Shown in pieces: positions 25,139-33,073 of a stretch of 64,000 nt of DNA. The stretch spans positions 22,836 to 86,835 of the forward strand of contig MFQN01000004.1 in assembly GCA_001783065.1 (NCBI GenBank), written 5' to 3'. This stretch comes from Candidatus Magasanikbacteria bacterium RIFCSPLOWO2_12_FULL_43_12 (GTDB taxonomy: Bacteria > Patescibacteriota > Patescibacteriia > Magasanikbacterales > UBA922). A program made the position numbers and the translations under genes. How positions within the stretch are numbered: position 1 is the stretch's first letter; each line of letters starts with the position of its first letter. Under the pieces are notes generated by a model that worked only from the letters and a program-made list of their open reading frames with translations, made no database searches and was not told the DNA's origin.

Positions 25139-26185
25139 CTACGCCGTCCCCACAAAAACATCCAACAATAACGACTGGTCGCCTTGGCCGGTCTTTGTTT
25201 TTACATCTAAATCCAACAAACGCTGATAAACGGTTTTTAATTTAGCCAAAGAATATTTTTTAACGAACACCAAAGACTTTTTTACGACAAACGGATGCAG
25301 ATTGAGTTTTTTCGCCAGCTGTTCACTCGGTAGATTATCTTCGCGGTCGTATAAATCCCGCAGTTCCAACAAAATTCTAAATTGCCGCAGAAGCATCGCA
25401 AAAACAAACTGCGCGTCCTCCCCCAATCGGTACTGCTCGCGAATCATTTTATACGCCTCTTTACTTCTCCCTGCCACCACCGCGTCAACGAGGTTGAAAA
25501 TGCTATCGTCGGCTTTTTCGTCAAGAAACAATTGAACATCGGCAAGCTCAATTTCGCGCCCTGTCATCGCGAGCCCCGGCACAGGGGCGTGGCGATCCAG
25601 CCCGTCGCCACTGGATTGCTTCGTCGCTCGTTCCTCGCTCCTCGCAATGACATATGCTATCAGTTGGTTTATAAGCGAATTCAGTCTCCACATATCCCCG
25701 CCAACATTCCGCGCCAAATATTGCACCGCTTGCTGGTCAATCTTTCCACCCCGTTCTTTAACTTCCTGCGTTATCCAACTATTTAATTTCACCCCAACCA
25801 ACAAATCAAACTTCTGACAAAACTTTTCTTTCGCCAAACACTTGAATAAATTTTCGGCTTCTTTGCCTTTGAATTTATCAGCGCCTTCCCAAAAAACCAA
25901 TACGGTCGCGTCCGACAAACTCTTCTTTTCTATTTTTTCTTGAAGTCCCGCCAACAAATCCTTATTTTTTGATAATAATAAATTTTCCAAAATAACCATT
26001 CGCTTCTCCGCCAAAAACGGCGTGGCTAAAATCTGCTCCCAAATTTTTCCATCTTCCTCTTTTTGACAATCCAAAATAGCCGCGTTATATCCACCCGGAT
26101 CGCGGTCTTTCTTGAACTTTTCTATCATTTTTTTTAGTTGTTGCCGGCTCCGGAACGTATCCGCGCCGTAGAGGAATATGATCAT
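25139..26185 (-). CDS. holA: DNA polymerase III delta subunit (carries an in-frame hairpin-repeat insertion)
   Basis: N-terminus MIIFLYGADTFRSRQQLKKMIEKF, typical of HolA. Codons ...KQSSGDGLDRHAPVPGLAMTGREIE... are encoded by a family D repeat at 25561-25655. Confidence 0.7.
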   Translation of the reverse strand: MIIFLYGADTFRSRQQLKKMIEKFKKDRDPGGYNAAILDCQKEEDGKIWEQILATPFLAEKRMVILENLLLSKNKDLLAGLQEKIEKKSLSDATVLVFWEGADKFKGKEAENLFKCLAKEKFCQKFDLLVGVKLNSWITQEVKERGGKIDQQAVQYLARNVGGDMWRLNSLINQLIAYVIARSEERATKQSSGDGLDRHAPVPGLAMTGREIELADVQLFLDEKADDSIFNLVDAVVAGRSKEAYKMIREQYRLGEDAQFVFAMLLRQFRILLELRDLYDREDNLPSEQLAKKLNLHPFVVKKSLVFVKKYSLAKLKTVYQRLLDLDVKTKTGQGDQSLLLDVFVGTA

Positions 26186-26234
26186 AATAGCCCACTAATT
26201 GAGCGGCCACTAATAAAACTAATTTGCCACCCTC

Positions 26235-26492
26235 TTAGATTTTATTCCGTTCTACGATCGTGTTTTCAACCACAAAATCAATAAAATACCTGCCCATCCG
26301 CCTGCCATTATACATCAATACGCATTTTTGCTCTTTTTTATACAACTTTTTTCTATCTAACAGTTCCATCTCGTATGCTCTTTGATAATATTTCTCTTGA
26401 TAACCAAAACCCAATCTATTACTGACATTAAAAGCTAAACCTACCAACTCATAGCTTAATTCCGGATACAAAAGATCACCCTCCTTATTCAT
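26235..26492 (-). CDS. GxxExxY family protein
   Basis: LYPELSYELVGLAFNVSNRLGFGYQEKYYQRAYEMEL contains GYQEKYY. Confidence 0.7.
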   Translation of the reverse strand: MNKEGDLLYPELSYELVGLAFNVSNRLGFGYQEKYYQRAYEMELLDRKKLYKKEQKCVLMYNGRRMGRYFIDFVVENTIVERNKI

Positions 26493-26529
26493 ATTGGTGG
26501 CAATTAGTGGTCGCTTAATTAGTGGGCTG

Positions 26530-27135
26530 TTATTTCAACTCCCCCCACCTTTTCCCCACACCGTCTTGGGGGGTATATTTCCGCAGAGATGGAAACGCTT
26601 TTAAAACCAAAACATACAAAAACACAACGACGGCCGGAATCACCAACATAAAAGAAATGGCCAGCCAAATAAACTGATAATTCTTCCTCACATAAAACAA
26701 ATAGCCAACCCCAGCGCCACAACTCATTGCGGCAAACATAATTAAAAGCGCCGACGACGCAAAGCTGTCCAAGACGAGTTTGCCAAAAACAGTGCGGCCT
26801 TCTGAAAGAACAATTGAATTAAGCAGGTTGCTTAACAGGAAGAACAACAAGACAAAAAAGAAAACCTTAACAATTTTGATGGTAAACTCAAAAATCTGTA
26901 GCGGCACCGAAAAATCATCATATTTTGTCAGTACTCGAGAACGACGAACAGCGATGATAAAACCCAACAATGGCGAAATTATGACCTGAAAACTGCGAAG
27001 TATTATAATGTCCATCCACCCATCTCTGGTGTTCCCCATCCAAAATGCCCCGAGACTCCAAAATTTTGTGGCGCCAGTAGTCCGGTTGTCCGCTGCAGTA
27101 AAACTTTTATTCCAAAATAATTTTATAACTTTCAT
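26530..27135 (-). CDS. hypothetical integral membrane protein
   Basis: 201 aa with several hydrophobic segments. A repeat overlaps its 3' end. Confidence 0.4.
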   Translation of the reverse strand: MKVIKLFWNKSFTAADNRTTGATKFWSLGAFWMGNTRDGWMDIIILRSFQVIISPLLGFIIAVRRSRVLTKYDDFSVPLQIFEFTIKIVKVFFFVLLFFLLSNLLNSIVLSEGRTVFGKLVLDSFASSALLIMFAAMSCGAGVGYLFYVRKNYQFIWLAISFMLVIPAVVVFLYVLVLKAFPSLRKYTPQDGVGKRWGELK

Positions 27136-27186
27136 ATCGGTTCAATAATAGTTAAACAAAAATTTAATTTGAATTAACTGTTGTTT

Positions 27187-28365
27187 CTACATAGTAAAGT
27201 CAAGCCCCGTCTTTCCGCCATACGGATCGCAGTCTACTGGAAAGCAGTCAAGCTTGTCTGATATTAAATTTAATTCTGCCTTATGACAATCCTCTGTTCT
27301 GTTTTCTTCAAATCCGGAACGTGCTGAAATGCTGATCCCACCATACGTATTAAAGTCAATACCTTCGGCGGTGTATCTATTGTCCCAATTAGCAATCTTA
27401 AGGTGTGAATCGCAACTCCTTAACAATGAAATCATTTCCACGCAATCCCTGCCCTGTTCCAGTATTCTGTGCTTTTGCGCAATCACAACCCCTGAAAAAT
27501 CCTTAAACTCGGCGACATTGGTCGGTCCGGTCCGGTCTCCACCCCAAAAACCACTCCATGTCTTATGTTGGGTATCACCAAACAAATCCCCAGTTTTGCT
27601 AAACCGGTCATAAGCGGCAACGGCGTCCTTGGGAATTTTTAACAACTGGCTTCTGTAGGTGGTTTTCTTTATTGCCTCTATTAACGATTTATAATCGCTC
27701 TCTTTGACAACAACCCAATTAGCGCCGGCCCAGTTAGTAAAATTACCAACCTCATGCCTATACCAATCACCCATCCTCACGCTGTAACTTATGTGAAAAC
27801 CTAAATATTTTTCACCTTTAGCTGTTGTCTGCTCCTCTTTCTCAATCCAAACCGGAATAATATGTTTCTTAAAATAGCCGTTGTCCGCATCATAAGTAGA
27901 GTAAGTAGAGCAAGTGGAGACTGCCCCATCACAAGTAAGGCCCGCCCACCTACCATCTTCATAATAAAACACCGGATCATTAAAAATGGTGGACCACAAA
28001 TCAATAATCAATTTTTGTTCTTCCGTGATTATTGAATTAAGGTATTCAACTGACTTTTCTATCTTTTCTTTGTGCTCTATATTTTTCCTATCCCACTCTT
28101 CGCATACGGACACAACAGACTGTGGATCTTTTTGATACACACAGCGGCCTTCATATGGAAAATAAACGCCCCCGTCTTTTTCGCACAATTCCACTTTATT
28201 TTGAGTTATCTCAACTGCTCGCTCATTTGCTCGCTCCTCGTTGTTTCTTTCGACAAAACCCAGAATTGGCCTAATCAAAGATATGGCGGCAAAAAATAAA
28301 AACACCACAATGATTATTATACCAAAAATATAAGAGATTTTGCCGAGAATTCGTTTTTCACTCAT
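27187..28365 (-). CDS. hypothetical membrane-anchored secreted protein
   Basis: 392 aa. N-terminal TM helix (YIFGIIIIVVFLFFAAISLI). W-rich ectodomain with Cys pairs. Confidence 0.45.
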   Translation of the reverse strand: MSEKRILGKISYIFGIIIIVVFLFFAAISLIRPILGFVERNNEERANERAVEITQNKVELCEKDGGVYFPYEGRCVYQKDPQSVVSVCEEWDRKNIEHKEKIEKSVEYLNSIITEEQKLIIDLWSTIFNDPVFYYEDGRWAGLTCDGAVSTCSTYSTYDADNGYFKKHIIPVWIEKEEQTTAKGEKYLGFHISYSVRMGDWYRHEVGNFTNWAGANWVVVKESDYKSLIEAIKKTTYRSQLLKIPKDAVAAYDRFSKTGDLFGDTQHKTWSGFWGGDRTGPTNVAEFKDFSGVVIAQKHRILEQGRDCVEMISLLRSCDSHLKIANWDNRYTAEGIDFNTYGGISISARSGFEENRTEDCHKAELNLISDKLDCFPVDCDPYGGKTGLDFTM

Positions 28366-28526
28366 ATGATATAAAAATTAAACACGCACAAAATCTGCGT
28401 GCATTGTTTTAAATAACAAAAAGTTCTGCTCATATTCTATCATGACGCGCGCTTTTTGTGAAACTAAAAAATCAGTGGTTTGCCTTATTTATATTAGTGG
28501 CAATTAGTGGTCGTCAAATTAGTGGA

Positions 28527-31241
28527 CTATAATTTCAAACCCCCCCACATCTTTCCCACACTTACACGCGCCTCCACCGGCACGTTTAATTTTACCACAT
28601 TCTCCATCGCGTCTTTTACTAATTTTGATGCTTCTTTTTCCAAACCCTTCTTAACCTCCAATACCAATTCATCGTGCACCTGCAAAATCAATCTCACATC
28701 GCTCTCGGACTTTATAGACTTTATGACTTTATGGACTTCAATCATGGCGAGCTTCATCAAATCCGCCGCTGTGCCCTGAATCGGCATATTGATCGCCATC
28801 CGCTCGCCGGCGGAACGCAGTTGAAAATTATCGGATTTTAATTCCGGAATATATCGCCGCCGGCCAAATAGCGTTTCAACATAACCTTCTTTCTTGGCAA
28901 ATTCTAAAGTTTGGTCAATGTATTTTTTCACGCTGGAGAATTTTTCAAAATATTTTTTTATAAAATCTTTCGCCTGCCACTGTGGCATTTTTGTTCGCCA
29001 TGCCAACCCGTAAGAACCCATGCCGTACAACACGCCGAAATTCACGGCTTTCGCCGCGTAGCGCATTTCTTTCGTTACTTTATCTAATGGGACATCATTG
29101 ATCGCCGCGGCGGTTGCTTGGTGAATATCCTCTCCGCGCTTGAACACTTCAATCATTGTTTTGTCTTTGGCCAATGACGCGACAATGCGTAATTCAATTT
29201 GAGAATAATCCGCCGCGATTAAATTGTTCCCGGCTTCGGCGACAAACGCGTTGCGAATTTCTTTGCCTAAATCAGTGCGAATCGGAATATTCTGCAAATT
29301 CGGTTCAGAGCTGGAAAGCCGTCCCGTGGTTGTTACCGCTTGATTAAAAGTCGTATGAATACGACCGGTTTTTTTGTTTACAAGCGTTGGCAAAACATCA
29401 ACATAAGTATTCTGCAATTTCGCCAATTCGCGATAATCGCGAATCATGCTGATAATGGGATGTTCGTCAATCAATTTCTCCAGTTCGGCGTCAGCGGTGG
29501 AATATCCGGTCTTCCCTTTTTTAATTTGTTCGCTCGGCAATTTTAATTTATCAAACAAAATATCGCGCAGCTGCGTCGGCGACGCGATATTAAATTCTTC
29601 GCCAGCCTCTTTTTGAATTTGTTTGTCAATTTTATTTATTTCTCCGGCGACATCTTTGGATAATTTTTTTAACACAACAGTGTCAATCGCGATGCCATTC
29701 AATTCCATCTCAGCCAAAACCGGTATTAATTTCATCTCCACTTTTTCAAACAAACCAAAATCTTCCATATCCGCCAGCTTTTTCTTTTGTATTTCGTAAG
29801 CTTTTAAAATCAGCTGTAATTCTTCGGCCACTTGTTTTGGATTAGCGCCAAACAAACTGCTTTGGTCTGATCCGCCCTGAATCTCCTGCCCCAGCTCGCG
29901 CAAAATAATGCTTTTTGCGTCATGGGCGCGGGTACTGGAGTTGATCAGGTAGGATGCGATCATGGTGTCAAACAGGTGAGCGAAGTCTGTAAAGTCTATA
30001 AAGTCGTAAAGTCTATAAAGTACTTTGATGAGTTGTTTGAGGTCGTGGCCAACGAGGATCTTGTCTTTTGAATAGAACACGGATTTAACGGATTGAACGG
30101 ATTTGGACGGATCAGAGAGAAAATAACCGGACGAGCCGACGACAAAAACCAATCCTAACAAGTCGCTGTTTAAAATGTCCGTCCCGCTCAAAATTTCCTT
30201 GCAGGCAAAAACATCCGCGCCATTTATCGCTTTCTCTAATTCACCAATGTTCTTCTCATCAATCTCAATCATTCTCATCTCGTTCTTTCTCGTCTTCGCT
30301 CCTACATCCTCCACCCTACGTCCTCCGCCCTCGCTCTCCCCGCCCGGCAACCTCTTAATCAACGAGAAAAACTCAAACTTCCTCAACAAATCAACCACGC
30401 TCTGTCGGTCAAAATCTTTCATCGCGCAGTCTTCCAGCTTAAAATCTAATCCAGGCACGTCTCTCACCACTGTCGCCAATTTTTTACTCATCATGGCGCT
30501 GTCTTTTCCATCTAAAAGTTTTTTAATCACGCCCTCTGTAAAAAACTTTCGGACTTCGGACTTCGGACTTCGGACTTGCGCGTATATCTCCATAATTCCG
30601 CCGATTTTCTCAATCAACTCCGTCGCCGTCTTTTCCCCAATCCCCGGCACGCCCGGAATATTATCCGACGCGTCACCGCACAAAGATTTGTAATCAACAA
30701 TATGTTCGGGCCCAAAACCATATTTCTTTTGGACTTCATCAATATCATACATCACAATATCGCTCATGCCTTTTCTTAGCGCGTAAACACTGGTGTCCTC
30801 ATCAACCAACTGCAGAAGGTCCATATCGCCGCTCACTACAATATTTTTCATTTTGATTTTTTCATTTTCAACTTTAGCCACGATAGTGGCGATAACGTCA
30901 TCGGCTTCGAAGCCTGCTTGTTTTAAAATCGGCAGACCGAACGCCTCAACAACTTTATGAACCAATGGAATTTGATCATACAGTTCTTGATCCGCTTTCA
31001 CCCGTTTGGCTTTATAACCATCATAAATTTTATCGCGAAAAGTTCCGCCGGCAACATCAAAGCTAACCGCCAAATAATCCGGTTTTAAATCTTTAATCAC
31101 TTTCAACAGCATTGAAGTGAAACCATACACCGCGTTCACCATCGTGCCTTTGACCATCATCGGCGGCAGGGCGTGGTAAGCTCTGTGTATTATTGCGTTG
31201 CCATCTATAATAACAAACTTTTTGGTATCCATACCCAACAA
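28527..31241 (-). CDS. polA: DNA polymerase I
   Basis: 904 aa. 5'-3' exonuclease N-terminus (FVIIDGNAIIHRAYHAL), 3'-5' exonuclease region, polymerase motifs (RRAAKAVNFGVLYG, LQVHDELVLE). Contains in-frame low-complexity repeat insertions. Confidence 0.9.
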   Translation of the reverse strand: MLGMDTKKFVIIDGNAIIHRAYHALPPMMVKGTMVNAVYGFTSMLLKVIKDLKPDYLAVSFDVAGGTFRDKIYDGYKAKRVKADQELYDQIPLVHKVVEAFGLPILKQAGFEADDVIATIVAKVENEKIKMKNIVVSGDMDLLQLVDEDTSVYALRKGMSDIVMYDIDEVQKKYGFGPEHIVDYKSLCGDASDNIPGVPGIGEKTATELIEKIGGIMEIYAQVRSPKSEVRKFFTEGVIKKLLDGKDSAMMSKKLATVVRDVPGLDFKLEDCAMKDFDRQSVVDLLRKFEFFSLIKRLPGGESEGGGRRVEDVGAKTRKNEMRMIEIDEKNIGELEKAINGADVFACKEILSGTDILNSDLLGLVFVVGSSGYFLSDPSKSVQSVKSVFYSKDKILVGHDLKQLIKVLYRLYDFIDFTDFAHLFDTMIASYLINSSTRAHDAKSIILRELGQEIQGGSDQSSLFGANPKQVAEELQLILKAYEIQKKKLADMEDFGLFEKVEMKLIPVLAEMELNGIAIDTVVLKKLSKDVAGEINKIDKQIQKEAGEEFNIASPTQLRDILFDKLKLPSEQIKKGKTGYSTADAELEKLIDEHPIISMIRDYRELAKLQNTYVDVLPTLVNKKTGRIHTTFNQAVTTTGRLSSSEPNLQNIPIRTDLGKEIRNAFVAEAGNNLIAADYSQIELRIVASLAKDKTMIEVFKRGEDIHQATAAAINDVPLDKVTKEMRYAAKAVNFGVLYGMGSYGLAWRTKMPQWQAKDFIKKYFEKFSSVKKYIDQTLEFAKKEGYVETLFGRRRYIPELKSDNFQLRSAGERMAINMPIQGTAADLMKLAMIEVHKVIKSIKSESDVRLILQVHDELVLEVKKGLEKEASKLVKDAMENVVKLNVPVEARVSVGKMWGGLKL

Positions 31242-31266
31242 TTTTACATCTTAATGAGAGAATTGG

Positions 31267-31295
31267 CAATAAAAAAAGCTCCTATGTAACATCGG
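31267..31295 (-). terminator. rho-independent terminator (minus strand)
   Basis: Minus strand reads GCTCCgatgttacatAGGAGC then TTTTTTT. Confidence 0.55.
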
Positions 31296-31502
31296 AGCGG
31301 AGTTTATTTTATGGGAGTTTGGGAGGGCGAAATCAGAGCAAGTCTGTTTCAACCCTCCCAGTGAAGCTTTTCCAAAGACCAGCCCCACACTGGGGCTATT
31401 CCGAGTTTTACCTCGGTAAAAAGAACAACTAGTTTTGAGACCGGACGCATGGTCCGATCACGAACCTTCCGGGGGCGACCGCTCCCGAGGATCCGCAACG
31501 GT

Positions 31503-31853
31503 TCAGCCGACGCTGGTGATGCCGCAGTATCCAGTGATGTTGGGAGGTGGAGGGGAGTGGATGAACGCGACGCGCAGCGCCGGCTGATCCTCGCCCATGA
31601 AGATGGCGACGTTGCGGAATATCACGCCGATGTCTCCCGCGACACTTCCGCGGTTGAGCAGGACGACGAGGGCCACGTTGTCGAAACAGATTGAAATGTC
31701 GCAGGCCGCAACCCCACCGTCGCTAGCCAGCGTGTCGCCCGAGCGGGCAGAGTTTGCCGACTGATCGGTCGGCGGGCCGGTCGTCCGCTCGTTCGCCGAA
31801 GCGGTCGCTCCGGCGAGAACGAGCACAACCGCAATGCCAAGAATTTTCTTCAT
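31503..31853 (-). CDS. hypothetical secreted protein encoded in a GC-rich island
   Basis: Signal peptide MKKILGIAVVLVLAGATASA. The coding region has clearly higher GC than its surroundings and abuts the 3' end of tRNA-Cys. Confidence 0.45.
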   Translation of the reverse strand: MKKILGIAVVLVLAGATASANERTTGPPTDQSANSARSGDTLASDGGVAACDISICFDNVALVVLLNRGSVAGDIGVIFRNVAIFMGEDQPALRVAFIHSPPPPNITGYCGITSVG

Positions 31854-32109
31854 GTCTTCCTCTGTTGGTTGCGCACTATTGTAATCGCTGTCCGACTCCC
31901 CAAACCAGACACTCTTGTCTCATTCCTTGGATTCACCAAAATTCGTCTGCCGTCCTCCTTTGCCGACAGCCAAGGTAGAGAAAGATTCCCCACAACAGCA
32001 CCCCCATGCCGTATATGGTGTGTCTGCCTCGGTTCGCCGAGACGTGGAATTAATTATAATTATTTAGAAACAAAAAGTCAAACAAAACCAGCCGATTAGG
32101 CTGGTGTTG

Positions 32110-32181
32110 AGGTACCGATGGGAATTGCACCCATGCATAGAGGTTTTGCAGACCTCTGCCTTACTGCTTGGCTACGGTACC
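32110..32181 (-). tRNA. tRNA-Cys (anticodon GCA), atypical T-loop
   Basis: Minus strand: acceptor GGTACCG/CGGTACC, D-arm GCCA..GGC, anticodon stem GAGGT/ACCTC with loop CTGCAAA, T-arm ATGGG-TGCAATT-CCCAT, discriminator U (as in bacterial tRNA-Cys). Position 55 is G, which is unusual. Confidence 0.6.
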
Positions 32182-32258
32182 GCGATTTAATTTTCAATTT
32201 GTAAATGCCGATTTCATTGAGCGCCCCCGACAAAGTCGGAACAATTTTGTATCTAAAT

Positions 32259-32336
32259 CTCCCCTCTCGGAGAGGGGCGGGGGGTGTGTTCGCAAAGGTT
32301 TGCGAACACCTCCCTCGCCCTCCTCCGAGGAGGGAG
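32259..32336. repeat. REP-like triple-hairpin repeat (family A), solo copy
   Basis: cccctctcggagaggggcggggggtgtgttcgcaaaggtttgcgaacacctccctcgccctcctccgaggaggg. Confidence 0.8.
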
Positions 32337-32468
32337 TTAACCTGTGATTGTTTAAAATTAAAAATTCGCTAATACTATACCACAAATAAACCCGCACTTC
32401 AAGACCACAAACCCGCCTCGTTGGCGGGTTTTTCGTGTGGGTTTTGTTAATTGTGTTTTGTGTTCTGT

Positions 32469-33005
32469 TTAGTAAATATCCATCTTCACCCTCTTCACTC
32501 CAAACTCTTTTGCCATTTCCCGCGTCGGCATCCAGACATCAATCCGGCCATAGCCATAACGCTCATTCATGCGGTCGCGGACCACGAAAGTTTTATCGCC
32601 GAACAATTCCGGCAGTTTTATATGCTTATTTATTGTCAAAAAATTCGCGGCAATGGTATTGCCTTCGCCGAATTGAGCATATGCCTCGCATAAGTCAAAA
32701 CCTTTGGCGGCAATACATGGTGTGCTGTCGGTTTGGTCTGGTGTGCTGGAATAAGCCGTCACTACCACCAAAATTGTCCGCACCGGCTCGCGGTCGGAGG
32801 ATGTCGGCAGTTCAGACGGCTCAATCGCATTGACAAAATCCAACCTAAGCAAGTCAACCAGAGACACGGCTTCAGCCAATTGCGGTTTGCCTGCAGATAC
32901 AACAAAACTGATTATTGCCAACACGGCAACCGCTCTTTTTATCCAAGTTTTTTGGCTTTTGTTAAGTAAACTCATAACCGCGACATTATACCACAAATTG
33001 GCCAT
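32469..33005 (-). CDS. 3D-domain protein (MltA-like cell-wall-binding/lytic domain)
   Basis: N-terminal TM helix. C-terminus TAYSSTPDQTDSTPCIAAKG...FGDKTFVVRDRMNERYGYGRIDVWM fits the 3D-domain pattern. Confidence 0.65.
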   Translation of the reverse strand: MANLWYNVAVMSLLNKSQKTWIKRAVAVLAIISFVVSAGKPQLAEAVSLVDLLRLDFVNAIEPSELPTSSDREPVRTILVVVTAYSSTPDQTDSTPCIAAKGFDLCEAYAQFGEGNTIAANFLTINKHIKLPELFGDKTFVVRDRMNERYGYGRIDVWMPTREMAKEFGVKRVKMDIY

Positions 33006-33073
33006 TTTGTCAAGGTGTGATATAATGTAAAAAGACTGATTTTACACACAAAAATAGCTTAAATAGGCCAAAT

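Noticed and set aside
31860-32100. ORFs 31754..31978 and 31869..32099 in the GC-rich island.
   Set aside because: They are short and overlap each other. They have no RBS or motif and are probably GC-driven artefacts.
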